Source: an uncultured Saprospiraceae bacterium (lineage in GTDB: Bacteria; Bacteroidota; Bacteroidia; Chitinophagales; Saprospiraceae). Taken from it: a stretch of DNA of 64,000 nt. Position numbers and translations under genes: made by a program. Positions 19,261 through 29,125 of the stretch are shown here, piece by piece (position 1 is the stretch's first letter; every line of letters starts with the position of its first letter). The notes beneath the pieces are model-generated. The model saw nothing but the letters and a program-made list of their open reading frames with translations, was not told where the DNA came from and ran no database searches. The stretch is taken from the NCBI GenBank assembly GCA_964508135.1, contig CAZDSU010000040.1, positions 5-64,004 on the forward strand, read 5' to 3'.

Positions 19261-19341
19261 TGTTGAATTGCTATATTGTTGAATTGCTATATTGTTGAAT
19301 TGCTATAAAACAATACAACAATATAGCAATTCAATAATCAA
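19260..19341. repeat. Three perfect tandem 16-mers (TTGTTGAATTGCTATA) plus a complementary arm
   Basis: The copies are at 19260-19275, 19276-19291 and 19292-19307. The complementary arm is caatacaacaatatagcaattcaataatcaa (19311-19341). The element fills the spacer between the PBP4 stop and the membrane-protein start. Confidence 0.9.
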
Positions 19342-20690
19342 TTTCCCTCGTACACCCCCTTCAGCACCCGCTCCATTTCCTTGCGGAGTGCGCTCATGCT
19401 GCCGGTGTAGTTGTTGTGCATGAAGCTGAAAATCAGGAGCTTGCCTTTTTTTGAAATCAGGTAGCCGCTCAGGTTGTGGTTATTACGGAGCGTACCGGTT
19501 TTGGCGAAAATATAGGGAGTGCCGCCATTGCGATAGTAGTCCTTGATGGTGCCATTGACGCCCCCGGCTGGGAAGATGCCAAACAGCCTCTCCCTCGGCA
19601 CCATTTGCTGGATTTTGCTCAGCAATGCCACCAATGAGCGGGGCGTCACGAGGTTGTACCTCGACAGACCGGAGCCATCCACCCATTTTGGCTCGTCGGG
19701 CAGGTCGTTGAGCAGGTTTTTCTTCGCAAAATCAATGGCCTGCTCGGTGTTCATCGTCCCAGTTCGCTGCCAGGAGCAGAGCAGCAGCAGTTGCTCCGCA
19801 ATGAAATTGTCGCTCTCCTGCATCATCAACGTGTAGAGGCTGTCTGCCTTGAGGCTGTACAGCGTTTTGGCGTCGGGAGGTGGCAACATGTTTGATTCCA
19901 GTAGGCTCACTTGTCGCTTGAGTGTGTCGGCCAGCACTTCGGTAATAAAGTGGGGCGTGGCATGAAACGGTACGTGCATCTCGAACTTCTTCCCGGTTTT
20001 GGCCAAAGTGTTTAGGGTAAACTGGTTCTCGTATTCAACCCGCCCGACGAAATCGTCTTCGTGGAGGGTTGAGTCATAATCGAGCGTTTTTGCCAAAAAA
20101 GCGGGCTTAACCTGAATGCCTCCTGTCGTGTCATTTTGGATAAAATGAGCGACATTAGCGTAAATGGGCAGCGGCGTTTTTTCCGATTGATAGTCGTAAA
20201 AATTGTCGTCCCACATCCAGCCAGAGCCATAACGTTGATCCTTGTAATTGGCGGGGCAGAACAGCAGTTGCTCCCGGCTGTTTTTCAAAAAATCAAAGAC
20301 CTGCGGGTTCTGCGTCAAGTGCGGGTTCAGAAAGCTGGGGTCGCCCGTGCCCCAGAACACGAGCAGGTTGCCTTGGCGGCTGTACTGCAATGCGGGTATG
20401 GAGTCGCCAAGTGTGCGCAGACTGGTGTACAGCGTCAGGATTTTTGTGTTGGAAGCTGGCGTGAAATACTTGTCAGCGTTGAACTCGTAGAGTGTTTTGC
20501 CCTCGGCGGGATCGTAGAGCGAAAACCCCGTGAACGCCTTTTTGAAAACTTCGGAGTCTTCGAGGTGGAGGTCATAAACCTTGGCTTCGACAGTCTCTTT
20601 TTCGGCTTTTTTCTTTTTGTTTTTTTGGCAAAAAGCACTGAAGGGCAGCAGCAGCGCCGTGGCGAAAAGTAGGAGGGTGAGTTTTTTCAT
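19338..20690 (-). CDS. dacB: D-alanyl-D-alanine carboxypeptidase/endopeptidase (PBP4, peptidase S13)
   Basis: 450 aa with a signal peptide. It has the SxxK motif in TPASNTKILT and the KTG motif in FAKTGTLRNNHNLSGY. Confidence 0.82.
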   Translation of the reverse strand: MKKLTLLLFATALLLPFSAFCQKNKKKKAEKETVEAKVYDLHLEDSEVFKKAFTGFSLYDPAEGKTLYEFNADKYFTPASNTKILTLYTSLRTLGDSIPALQYSRQGNLLVFWGTGDPSFLNPHLTQNPQVFDFLKNSREQLLFCPANYKDQRYGSGWMWDDNFYDYQSEKTPLPIYANVAHFIQNDTTGGIQVKPAFLAKTLDYDSTLHEDDFVGRVEYENQFTLNTLAKTGKKFEMHVPFHATPHFITEVLADTLKRQVSLLESNMLPPPDAKTLYSLKADSLYTLMMQESDNFIAEQLLLLCSWQRTGTMNTEQAIDFAKKNLLNDLPDEPKWVDGSGLSRYNLVTPRSLVALLSKIQQMVPRERLFGIFPAGGVNGTIKDYYRNGGTPYIFAKTGTLRNNHNLSGYLISKKGKLLIFSFMHNNYTGSMSALRKEMERVLKGVYEGN

Positions 20691-20760
20691 GGATAAAAAT
20701 ACGGCCTAAGTTTTTGAAGGTGATGAGGCAAAGTTAAACGGAAGTTGCGGCTTTCGGAGT

Positions 20761-23700
20761 GTGGATACTTCCTACCTTTGCCCCGTGAGCAACCTCGACC
20801 GCATTCTTGCACTCTACCGAGACGACCAGCGCACCCAAAAACTCGTGGAAGCGCTTCGTTCAAAATCAACACCGACCGTCGTTCAACTCAACGGATTGGC
20901 TGGTGCGCAGGAAGCCTTTGTCCTCGCCGGAGCCTACCTCGCCGACCCAAGGCCGCAGCTTTTTATCGCCATTGACAAGGAGGAGGCAGCCTACATGCAA
21001 AACGACCTCTCCGGCTTGCTGGAAAAAAAGCCTGTGCGCTTCTTTCCCGACTCCTTCAAGCGGCCCATGTACTTCGAGGAACTGAACACGACGAACGTGC
21101 TGGAAAGGACGGAAGCGATTAACAAAATCAGCTCCCCGACGGGCAGTCCGGAGATTTTGGTCACTTACCCCGAAGCACTGTTTGAAAAAGTCGTTGCGCC
21201 AGCGGAACTCGAAAAGACCCGCATCGAAATACAGCCGGGGCAAAAATTGGACGTGGATTTTACCATCGAAATGCTCGTGGAGTATGGTTTTCGGCGAGAG
21301 GATTTCGTGTACGAACCCGGCCAGTTCAGCATCCGTGGCGCTATCGTGGACATTTTCAGCTACGGAAACGACTACCCCTACCGCATCGAGCTCTTCGACG
21401 AGGACGTGGAGAGCATCCGCACCTTCGACCCGCTCACGCAGCTATCCGTGCAGAACATCGGGCGGGTGAGCATCGTGCCGAACATCAACACCAAGTTCAA
21501 TCGCTCGCAAAAAGTCTCTCTGCTCAACGTGCTGGCGCCCAACACGGTCATTTGGGTCAAAGACTGGAATGCTTTGGAGGAAAAGCTCCAGCTCTGTTTT
21601 GAAAAAGCCGAGGAGTTTTCCAAAACGCTCCCCCTGATGGACGAGAGCGAGCTGGGGGAAATATTTAGGGACAGGGCATTTATTCGCCCCCATGAAGTCG
21701 TGGAAGATGTGGCAAAATTCTCTCAGGTTTTGCTTGGCCCTGGACTCAAATCCTCAAATCCTCAAATCCTCAAATTCTCTTCAAAGACCCAACCCTCCTT
21801 CAACAAAAACTTCCAGCTTCTTGGCAACAACCTGCGGAGCAACACCGAGGAGCGCATCGAGAACTTCATTTTCACCGACAACCCCAAGCAAATCGAGCGC
21901 TTCCACGCCATTTTCGAGGATATGGCCGAGGCAGTGGGCAGCGTCAAATTCGAGCCAGTCATCAAGGCCATCCACGAGGGGTTCATTGACCTCGACCTGA
22001 AAGTTGCTTTTTACACCGACCACCAGATTTTCCAGCGACACCACCACTACAAGTTGCGGCAGGGCTTCACGGCAGACAGGGCGCTGAACGTCAAACTGTT
22101 GCGGGAACTGCAACCGGGCGACTTCGTGGTGCATATTGACCACGGGGTAGGCAAATACAGCGGCCTTGAGAAAATCACCGTCAACGGCCACACGCAGGAG
22201 TCGGTGCGCATTTTTTACAAAAACAACGACGTGCTCTACGTGGGCATCAACTCGTTGCACAAAATATCGAAGTACAGCAGCAAGGACGGTACGCCGCCCA
22301 CGCTCAACAAGCTCGGATCCGACACTTGGCAGACGATGAAGAGCAAGGCCAAGAAGAAGGTCAAGGACATTGCGAAGGAGCTTATCAAGCTGTATGCGCT
22401 GCGCAAAGCCTCGCCGGGCCACGCCTTCCCGCCCGACAATTACCTGCAAGCCGAACTCGAAGCCTCGTTCATTTACGAAGACACGCCTGACCAAGAAAAG
22501 GCGACCATTGACGTGAAGGAGGACATGGAAAAGCCCTACCCTATGGACCGCCTCATCTGCGGCGACGTGGGTTTTGGGAAAACGGAAGTGGCCATCCGGG
22601 CGGCGTTCAAGGCGGTGACCGATGGCAAACAAGTGGCCATTCTCGTGCCGACGACCATCCTCGCCTTACAGCACTACAAGACGTTTAGCGACAGGCTTGC
22701 GCAATTCAAACTCAATATCGAGTACGTCAACCGCTTTAAGTCAGCGAAGGAGAAAAAGGAGATTTTTGAAAATACGAAGGCGGGCAAGGTGGACATTTTA
22801 ATTGGGACACACGCCCTGCTGAGTGCCGATTTGAAGTTCAAGGACCTGGGCTTGCTGGTCATTGACGAAGAGCAAAAATTCGGCGTGACGGCCAAGGAAA
22901 AGCTGCGCAACCTGAAGGTGAACGTGGACACACTGACGCTGACGGCCACGCCGATTCCCCGTACCCTCCAGTTCTCGCTGATGGCTGCCCGTGACCTGAG
23001 CATCATACGCACCCCGCCGCCCAACCGCCAGCCCATCCACACCGAAATCAGGGTGCTGCACGAGACGCTCATCAAGGACGCCATTTACAAAGAGGTACAT
23101 CGGGGCGGACAGGTGTTCTTTGTGCATAATCGGGTGAAAACGCTGGCCGATATGGCTGGCCTCATCAAGCGCCTCTGTCCCGATGTGGACGTGGCCACGG
23201 CGCACGGCCAGATGGAGAGCGACCATTTGGAAAGTACCCTGCTGGATTTTATTGACAAAAAATACGACGTGCTCGTCTGCACGAACATCATCGAAACGGG
23301 CCTCGACATCCCGAACGCCAACACGATGATCATCAACTCGGCCAACGAGTTTGGCCTCAGCGACCTGCACCAGTTGCGGGGCCGCATCGGTCGCTCGAAC
23401 AAAAAGGCATACTGTTACCTGTTTGCGCCGCCGATGTCCGTGCTCACGCACGACGCCCGCAAGCGCCTCAAGACCATCGAGGAGCACAACGACCTTGGTT
23501 CGGGTTTTGAAATCGCCATGCGTGACCTCGACATCCGGGGGGCGGGCAACCTGCTCGGCTCAGAGCAGAGCGGCTTCATCGCCGACATAGGTTACGAAAC
23601 CTTCCAGCGCATCCTCGAAGAGGCGGTGCAGGAGCTGAAGGAGACCGATTTCAAGGATGTTTTCAAAGAGGATTTGGAGAAAAAACAGGCTTTCGTGCGG

Positions 23701-24165
23701 GACGTGAACGTGGACACGGACGTGGAAATGCACATCCCCAGCGACTACGTGAGCAGCACCAGCGAGCGCCTGTTGCTGTACACGGCCATTGACGATATTC
23801 AGTCCGAGGATGAGCTACAGCTTTTCAGCGAAAACCTGAAAGACCGCTTCGGCCCTGTGCCAGAACCCGTGCTTGAGCTTTTCGACGGCCTGCGCCTCCG
23901 CTGGATTGCAAGGGAGCTTGGCTTCGAACGGGTCATTCTGAAAGACAGCAAGTTGCGCTGCTATTTCGTGGAGAACCCACAGTCTCCGTTTTACGATAGT
24001 GCCACCTTCCAGCAGGTGTTCCAATACCTTTCCAAGCATGGCGAGCAGATGCAGATTACTTTGAAGAAATCCGTTCGCAGCTTGATTATGGCGAGGGACG
24101 GGGTACGGACTTTGTCGGGGGCGAGGAAGTTGTTGGAAGGGGTAAGGGGGAAGGCGATTTCGTAG
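20761..24165 (+). CDS. mfd: Transcription-repair coupling factor
   Basis: 1134 aa. It has the RNAP-interaction region, the DEAD-box helicase motifs GDVGFGKTEVA and LLVIDEEQKFG, the later motifs LTLTATPIPRT and HQLRGRIGRS, and a TRG/C-terminal domain. The start is uncertain (GTG 20761 or GTG 20785). Confidence 0.95.
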   Translation: MDTSYLCPVSNLDRILALYRDDQRTQKLVEALRSKSTPTVVQLNGLAGAQEAFVLAGAYLADPRPQLFIAIDKEEAAYMQNDLSGLLEKKPVRFFPDSFKRPMYFEELNTTNVLERTEAINKISSPTGSPEILVTYPEALFEKVVAPAELEKTRIEIQPGQKLDVDFTIEMLVEYGFRREDFVYEPGQFSIRGAIVDIFSYGNDYPYRIELFDEDVESIRTFDPLTQLSVQNIGRVSIVPNINTKFNRSQKVSLLNVLAPNTVIWVKDWNALEEKLQLCFEKAEEFSKTLPLMDESELGEIFRDRAFIRPHEVVEDVAKFSQVLLGPGLKSSNPQILKFSSKTQPSFNKNFQLLGNNLRSNTEERIENFIFTDNPKQIERFHAIFEDMAEAVGSVKFEPVIKAIHEGFIDLDLKVAFYTDHQIFQRHHHYKLRQGFTADRALNVKLLRELQPGDFVVHIDHGVGKYSGLEKITVNGHTQESVRIFYKNNDVLYVGINSLHKISKYSSKDGTPPTLNKLGSDTWQTMKSKAKKKVKDIAKELIKLYALRKASPGHAFPPDNYLQAELEASFIYEDTPDQEKATIDVKEDMEKPYPMDRLICGDVGFGKTEVAIRAAFKAVTDGKQVAILVPTTILALQHYKTFSDRLAQFKLNIEYVNRFKSAKEKKEIFENTKAGKVDILIGTHALLSADLKFKDLGLLVIDEEQKFGVTAKEKLRNLKVNVDTLTLTATPIPRTLQFSLMAARDLSIIRTPPPNRQPIHTEIRVLHETLIKDAIYKEVHRGGQVFFVHNRVKTLADMAGLIKRLCPDVDVATAHGQMESDHLESTLLDFIDKKYDVLVCTNIIETGLDIPNANTMIINSANEFGLSDLHQLRGRIGRSNKKAYCYLFAPPMSVLTHDARKRLKTIEEHNDLGSGFEIAMRDLDIRGAGNLLGSEQSGFIADIGYETFQRILEEAVQELKETDFKDVFKEDLEKKQAFVRDVNVDTDVEMHIPSDYVSSTSERLLLYTAIDDIQSEDELQLFSENLKDRFGPVPEPVLELFDGLRLRWIARELGFERVILKDSKLRCYFVENPQSPFYDSATFQQVFQYLSKHGEQMQITLKKSVRSLIMARDGVRTLSGARKLLEGVRGKAIS
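20773..20780 (+). promoter_or_regulatory. Candidate -7 box (TACCTTTG) inside the longest mfd ORF
   Basis: tacctttg lies 4 nt upstream of in-frame GTG 20785. If it is functional, mfd starts at 20785 on a near-leaderless mRNA. Confidence 0.3.
21745..21776. repeat. Four tandem octamers CTCAAAT(C/T) in frame inside mfd
   Basis: ctcaaatc ctcaaatc ctcaaatc ctcaaatt encodes LKSSNPQILKF. Confidence 0.85.
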
Positions 24166-24262
24166 GGCGATACACTCGGGTATTCATAGGGTAGCGCGAT
24201 GTGTTCTCGTTCAAAACATCAATCCTGCCCATTCTTTTTACAACACATTTTTGCGATAATCT

Positions 24263-25432
24263 TTATTGGGCAACCAATTTTCCGGTCTTGCTGAAATTGA
24301 AAACCAGGAAGGTGCAAGACATTGCCAAAAGCAACCCTGCCGCCACCATAAATGTGGAAGAAAGTGACAAAACGCTCAATACCGGGAATATGATAATGGG
24401 CGAAAGGAATTGCCCAAGAAACCAGAATGTAGTCAATTTTCCTATTTCTTTTCCCCGGATTTCGGGCGGTGCGATTTTCATCACCCACATGTTTGTATTT
24501 GGTATCATCATGCCCATTCCCAGTCCGGAAAGCATCATCGCAATGACCACCAATGCGTAGCTGTTAGAAACAGAAATGCATATAAATCCAACCGCCATGA
24601 GCAGGTATCCGATGGAGAATATGGCGAGGAAACTAAAACGGCCTTTTAACTTGCTATAAGAAAAAGAGGAGATGGCAGAAAAAGCGGTACTCATGGCGAT
24701 AGCCGCTCCGATTAATGCATTCTTTTCAATGCCGATTGCCTTCAGGTGAAAAGGTATCTGAATCGGAATTAAAAAGAAAATAATCCACATCATCATGGTA
24801 TTGAAAAACAACATCCAGATAATAGATGGCGCTTTAATACTTGTAGCTTCGTTATTTCTTTTTTGAATAAGTTCAGGTTCTTCCAGAAACATAATACTGA
24901 GCGGAAGTACCAGCAGGGAAAACAAATAAATTAGGAAAGGATATCGCCAGCCAAAGTCGGCCAGTACTCCTCCCAGCCCAATAAATAATATTCCTCCCAA
25001 TGACATAAATGCAATCTGTATGCCCACGAATTTCTGCCGCTCCTGTCCATTAAAATAATCAGCAATTAATGTTATCACGATGGTCATGGACATGCCCACC
25101 GACATCCCCAGAATGGCCCTCGATATTAGTATGTGGTATAGGTTATTTAAAAAATATCCACTAGCACCTGCTATTGCATATACTAAAAGAGAAGCCCAAA
25201 GGATTTTCAAACGGCCGTACCTATCTATAAGGCGTCCGGTAATCGGAGAGAAAATGGCGATCATCAATGCAGGTATGGTCAATACCAATTTGACAAGCAA
25301 TGCTGCATTTTCAACATCCATGAATGCGACGGCCATCTGCGGCAATGCTGGGGAAATGGTGATGACCGACATAATGGTCAAACTGCTTACGAGCAATAGC
25401 GTAAGCTTCAGTTTCCAACTTTTATTTTCCAT
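24263..25432 (-). CDS. MFS transporter
   Basis: The ORF is 24263..25474, and I take the start at the ATG complementing 25430-25432 (MENKSWKLKLTLLL...). It has about 12 TM segments and the MFS loop 2-3 motif GRLIDRYGR. GC looks lower than in flanking genes. Confidence 0.8.
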   Translation of the reverse strand: MENKSWKLKLTLLLVSSLTIMSVITISPALPQMAVAFMDVENAALLVKLVLTIPALMIAIFSPITGRLIDRYGRLKILWASLLVYAIAGASGYFLNNLYHILISRAILGMSVGMSMTIVITLIADYFNGQERQKFVGIQIAFMSLGGILFIGLGGVLADFGWRYPFLIYLFSLLVLPLSIMFLEEPELIQKRNNEATSIKAPSIIWMLFFNTMMMWIIFFLIPIQIPFHLKAIGIEKNALIGAAIAMSTAFSAISSFSYSKLKGRFSFLAIFSIGYLLMAVGFICISVSNSYALVVIAMMLSGLGMGMMIPNTNMWVMKIAPPEIRGKEIGKLTTFWFLGQFLSPIIIFPVLSVLSLSSTFMVAAGLLLAMSCTFLVFNFSKTGKLVAQ

Positions 25433-25538
25433 GTTTTGCGACCTTGTGGCTTTTGTAATTAATGAACAAGTCAAGATAGGACATTACCCCTGGCCCCCTA
25501 ATTGGTAATTGGGACAGGGGTAAATGTCCAAAAGTCCA

Positions 25539-27119
25539 TCACTTCTTCTTTTCAGGTGGCGGCGGCGGCAATATAAATGGCTTGGGCTGCGGATCTATGG
25601 GTACCAGCTTGCGACCTGCGAGGCCCGGATGGTCGGCAGAAACAAATGTTGACCGAAACAGCGAATAGGCCATTGGCACAGCTGGCCGTGGGTCTCCATT
25701 TAGTTTGCGTATTTCGCCCCGGTAAGGATTTGCATATTCCCAAACAGTTTTGCCATCTGGTGTTACTTCAAAAAACCGACCCCTCGCACCTTCGTTAATA
25801 AGAGTGTTGCCATTTTTCATACGGTGCGCTCCCGAGATAAAGCTGCTGTAAAATGAAAGCTTGTCTGGCGCTGTGTACATCCATACCGGCTTGTCCGGGC
25901 CAAAAGGTTTGCCAGCTTCTATCACATAATTTCCTTTATCATCAATTGGTGGCACCAATTCATAAACAGCCGAATAATTAAGGCTATCGCTGCCTTTTTT
26001 ATCCCAATCAACAGCTTTGGGAGGAGCATTATTAAACACAGTTAAGTTTCCTGCTCCGGGCGTTCCTTCCTCAATCCACCGAACATCGTGTTGGCCGAAC
26101 AACTGTTGGGAAGTGGAGTCGGCCCTTGCATAGTTTTGTGCATTGCCCCAGCGCCACAACAAATCGCCTCCCTTCCCCCTACGACCACCCTTATGCCCGG
26201 CTGCTTCTTTGGTAGTAGTGCTGTGGTCAATGATATAGATTTCGTTCAAGTGTGGGGAGCTAAATGTAATCTGGTCAAGTGAGGCATTGTATTTAATCGC
26301 ATTAAAATGATAAAGGTCTGAGCCTAGGTTTTCAAGTGTTTGATTTCTCCATTGATGGCCCTGCGCAACAAGTATATCAAAGCTGTCCTGCGTGATGGCT
26401 GGTGGCAGTGGGACGCCCCTATTAATATCTATTAATTCGGGATGATCGGCTGGCTTTCCATAGTTGGCTTTTTTTGGGTCAAAGTCTTGTATCAAGTGGT
26501 CCCAAACATGCCATTCCCAAACAACCTTACCGCCATGTAGGCCCTGTGGTTCTATTTCCACAATTTTATCTGGCCAAATCCCTGCTTTAGGTATCAATTC
26601 CGGTTTGCGCCCAGCCGCCAAAGCTTGTTCGACCGTCTTAGCCTCCCAGGCAATGGCCAGAATATGGCCATTGGGCATCACGGTAAAATCATGGTGGGCA
26701 TGTTGGGTCTCATCGGCATATTCAAAATCCCAAAGTATTTTATTGTCCCAAGATATTTTCTGTATTCTTCCCGATTCACCGCCGCCTGCAAATACGGGGA
26801 AATCTGGGTCATACGCATTTTGGAAAAGGGAGCCATCTTCATTTAAATAGGCCCCCATCACGCCATAATTGCCTTTCCATTCTTTTACCACCTTCCCCTT
26901 TCGGTTGAGGAGGTAAGTGGTTGCGGAGTTGGGAACAACATACATGGCATAGCCATCGGTCAGGCCATCGGTGTTTGTTATCAAACCTCGTTTGATGCCT
27001 AAGCCAAACATGTCCCGGTCTTTTTTCGCATCGCCTTTTGGCCCCTGTTTGTTTTCGGAATTACAAGAGGCCATTAACAGGATTAAGAGGAGATAAGGGA
27101 AGAATTGGTTAGTTTTCAT
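25539..27119 (-). CDS. Arylsulfotransferase (ASST)-family beta-propeller lipoprotein
   Basis: 526 aa. The lipoprotein signal is LLLILLMASC. Blocks HAHHDFTVMPNGHILA, VWEWHVWDHLIQD and YHFNAIKY are as in ASST-type (PAPS-independent) sulfotransferase families. The family call is from memory. Confidence 0.7.
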   Translation of the reverse strand: MKTNQFFPYLLLILLMASCNSENKQGPKGDAKKDRDMFGLGIKRGLITNTDGLTDGYAMYVVPNSATTYLLNRKGKVVKEWKGNYGVMGAYLNEDGSLFQNAYDPDFPVFAGGGESGRIQKISWDNKILWDFEYADETQHAHHDFTVMPNGHILAIAWEAKTVEQALAAGRKPELIPKAGIWPDKIVEIEPQGLHGGKVVWEWHVWDHLIQDFDPKKANYGKPADHPELIDINRGVPLPPAITQDSFDILVAQGHQWRNQTLENLGSDLYHFNAIKYNASLDQITFSSPHLNEIYIIDHSTTTKEAAGHKGGRRGKGGDLLWRWGNAQNYARADSTSQQLFGQHDVRWIEEGTPGAGNLTVFNNAPPKAVDWDKKGSDSLNYSAVYELVPPIDDKGNYVIEAGKPFGPDKPVWMYTAPDKLSFYSSFISGAHRMKNGNTLINEGARGRFFEVTPDGKTVWEYANPYRGEIRKLNGDPRPAVPMAYSLFRSTFVSADHPGLAGRKLVPIDPQPKPFILPPPPPEKKK

Positions 27120-27295
27120 TTTGATTTAGTTAGTTGATTAACAATTAGTTGTGAAGATTTTTTGGAGAAAAAATTTTTAAAATTTGGTAAACCTAAATAA
27201 AAAACAAACCTGAAATCAAATATTTTTCAATTATCAATAAAATATTTGAAATGTCGCTACATTTACCAAATTAAGACCAACTAAACAATCTACCT

Positions 27296-27976
27296 ATGTC
27301 AATCAAAATCATTGGAGCCGGACTTCCACGTACCGGCACAAACACCCTAAAAGCCTCGCTGGAGATGCTGGGTTTTACGAAAACCTACCACATGAAGGAG
27401 CTTTTGGTGCATCCCGAAAACCTTCACTACTGGACTACATTGAGGGACACTGGAACCATGCAATGGGACAAGCTATACGATGGCTATCAGGCCACTGTGG
27501 ACTTCCCCTGTTGCCCTTGGTACAAGGAGCACATGGCACAGTATCCTGATGCGAAGGTCATTTTTACCACCCGGCCTTTCGAGGGCTGGTACACTAGCAT
27601 TTACAGCACCATCTGGAAAGCCGGGCCGCAGACCATCGGGCAAAAACTTGGGATGATGATTAAGCTGCTGCTCAATTCCCGCCTTCGTTCTGTCATCAAA
27701 TGCGTAAAATTTGCAAAATCATCCATCTTCGGAGGTTTGCTTCATGGCAAGTTTGAGGACAAAGCCGCTACCGAAAAGATTTTTGACCAGTGGATGGAAG
27801 ACGTAAAAGCGGCCGTTCCAGCAGATAAATTACTCATTTTCGATGTCAGGGATGGATGGAGCCCACTCTGCAAATTCTTGGGTGTGCCAGAGCCCACCGA
27901 ACCACTTCCGCACTTGAACAAGAAGGAGAATTTCAAGACGATGTTGGTGGAATTGATGAAGGGGAATATGGTGTAG
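27296..27976 (+). CDS. Sulfotransferase family protein (PAPS-dependent type)
   Basis: 226 aa with an N-terminal 5'-phosphosulfate-binding loop GAGLPRTGTNTL. Size is typical of small cytosolic sulfotransferases. Confidence 0.7.
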   Translation: MSIKIIGAGLPRTGTNTLKASLEMLGFTKTYHMKELLVHPENLHYWTTLRDTGTMQWDKLYDGYQATVDFPCCPWYKEHMAQYPDAKVIFTTRPFEGWYTSIYSTIWKAGPQTIGQKLGMMIKLLLNSRLRSVIKCVKFAKSSIFGGLLHGKFEDKAATEKIFDQWMEDVKAAVPADKLLIFDVRDGWSPLCKFLGVPEPTEPLPHLNKKENFKTMLVELMKGNMV

Positions 27977-27987
27977 TACGCTTGGAG

Positions 27988-28024
27988 TTGGCAAGGGGGA
28001 TTTTCAAAAGCAACCCCTTGCCAA
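27988..28024. terminator. Hairpin between convergent sulfotransferase and TPR genes
   Basis: An 11-bp perfect stem, ttggcaagggg (27988-27998) with ccccttgccaa (28014-28024), closes a 15-nt loop. It is followed by ttt. Confidence 0.45.
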
Positions 28025-28031
28025 TTTCGGT

Positions 28032-29054
28032 TTACTTCAACCGCTTCACCCCCTCCTTCGCCCCCGCAAAATCGGGGCTAAAGCGCAGCACGTTCTCATA
28101 ATCCGAGAGCGCTTGCGCCTTATCGCCCTTCATTTCGGCGGCCAGTCCCCGGTGGTAGTAGCCTTCGGCAAACTCCGGGGAGAACTTCACGGCCAAGTCG
28201 AAGCTCGTGTAGGCTTGCTGTACGGAGTCCATGTCGAGGTAAATCAATCCAAGGTTATAGTAGCCCTCGGCGTACTGCGGGTCAATCGTGTTGATTTTCT
28301 TGTAAAGCTGGATGGCACCTTTCAGGTCATTTTTCTTGTTGGAAAGGTAGTATGCTTTGGCGTGGAGCGCGTCCACGTTGGTCGAGTCGGCCTTGATGGC
28401 GTTGTCGAAATACTTGCCAGCCTGCGGCAAGCCCTTGTCGGCGAGCAGGTTGGCGAGCTTCACCCAAGCGTCCACAAGGCTGGGGTCGTTTTCCACGGCG
28501 CTCTGGTAGGCCGTGATGGCCTGGTCTGTCTTGCCCATGTCGGAGAAGACGTTGCCGAACATGAAGAACATCTCCGGGTTCAGCGGCTCCTTCACCTGGA
28601 TGCGTTGGAGCGTGACGAGCGCCGGGGTGTGTTGTTTCACGATGAGCTGAAACTCGGCAAGCTTGAGCTGTGTGGGAATGCGGTCTGGAAAGAACGCCCC
28701 CGCCTTTTCCATCACGGCCAGCCCCTGCCTCGACTTGTAGTAGTCCATGTACATATCGGCCAGCACGTGGAAATATTCCGGTTTGGTGGAGTCTATCTGG
28801 ATGGCCTTTTCCAAGTCGGCTATGCCCTCGTCGAAGTTCTCGTTTTCGTACCAGAGCGCCCCACGGGTAGCGTAGAGGCTGCCGTTGGTGGGGCTTTCGC
28901 CAATTTTTTTGGAAATGTCCTGGATTTGCGGTGTGCCGCCAGTAGCGGTTTCTGTGGCGTTGGCCACTTCATTGCTTGGTTTGTCATTGCAGGCCGAGAA
29001 GGCAAGCAGAAGGAGCATGGCCCCAAGGAGGAATGGATAGTTTTTAGATTTCAT
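28032..29054 (-). CDS. TPR-repeat lipoprotein
   Basis: The ORF is 28032..29132, and I take the start at the ATG complementing 29052-29054 (MKSKNYPFLLGAMLLLLAFSAC). There are multiple TPR units (e.g. AEGYYNLGLIYLDMDSVQQAYTSFDLAVKFSPEFAEGYYHRGLA). Confidence 0.8.
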   Translation of the reverse strand: MKSKNYPFLLGAMLLLLAFSACNDKPSNEVANATETATGGTPQIQDISKKIGESPTNGSLYATRGALWYENENFDEGIADLEKAIQIDSTKPEYFHVLADMYMDYYKSRQGLAVMEKAGAFFPDRIPTQLKLAEFQLIVKQHTPALVTLQRIQVKEPLNPEMFFMFGNVFSDMGKTDQAITAYQSAVENDPSLVDAWVKLANLLADKGLPQAGKYFDNAIKADSTNVDALHAKAYYLSNKKNDLKGAIQLYKKINTIDPQYAEGYYNLGLIYLDMDSVQQAYTSFDLAVKFSPEFAEGYYHRGLAAEMKGDKAQALSDYENVLRFSPDFAGAKEGVKRLK

Positions 29055-29125
29055 AGCCACAAAGGTAATTAAGGGGTTGAGAGTTTGAGTGCTTGGGATA
29101 GGGGCATTACTCGAAACTACTTCAC

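Noticed and set aside
19260-19307. Tandem 16-mers considered as a CRISPR array
   Set aside because: The units are contiguous with no spacers. They are too short for CRISPR repeats, there are only three copies, and the window has no cas genes.
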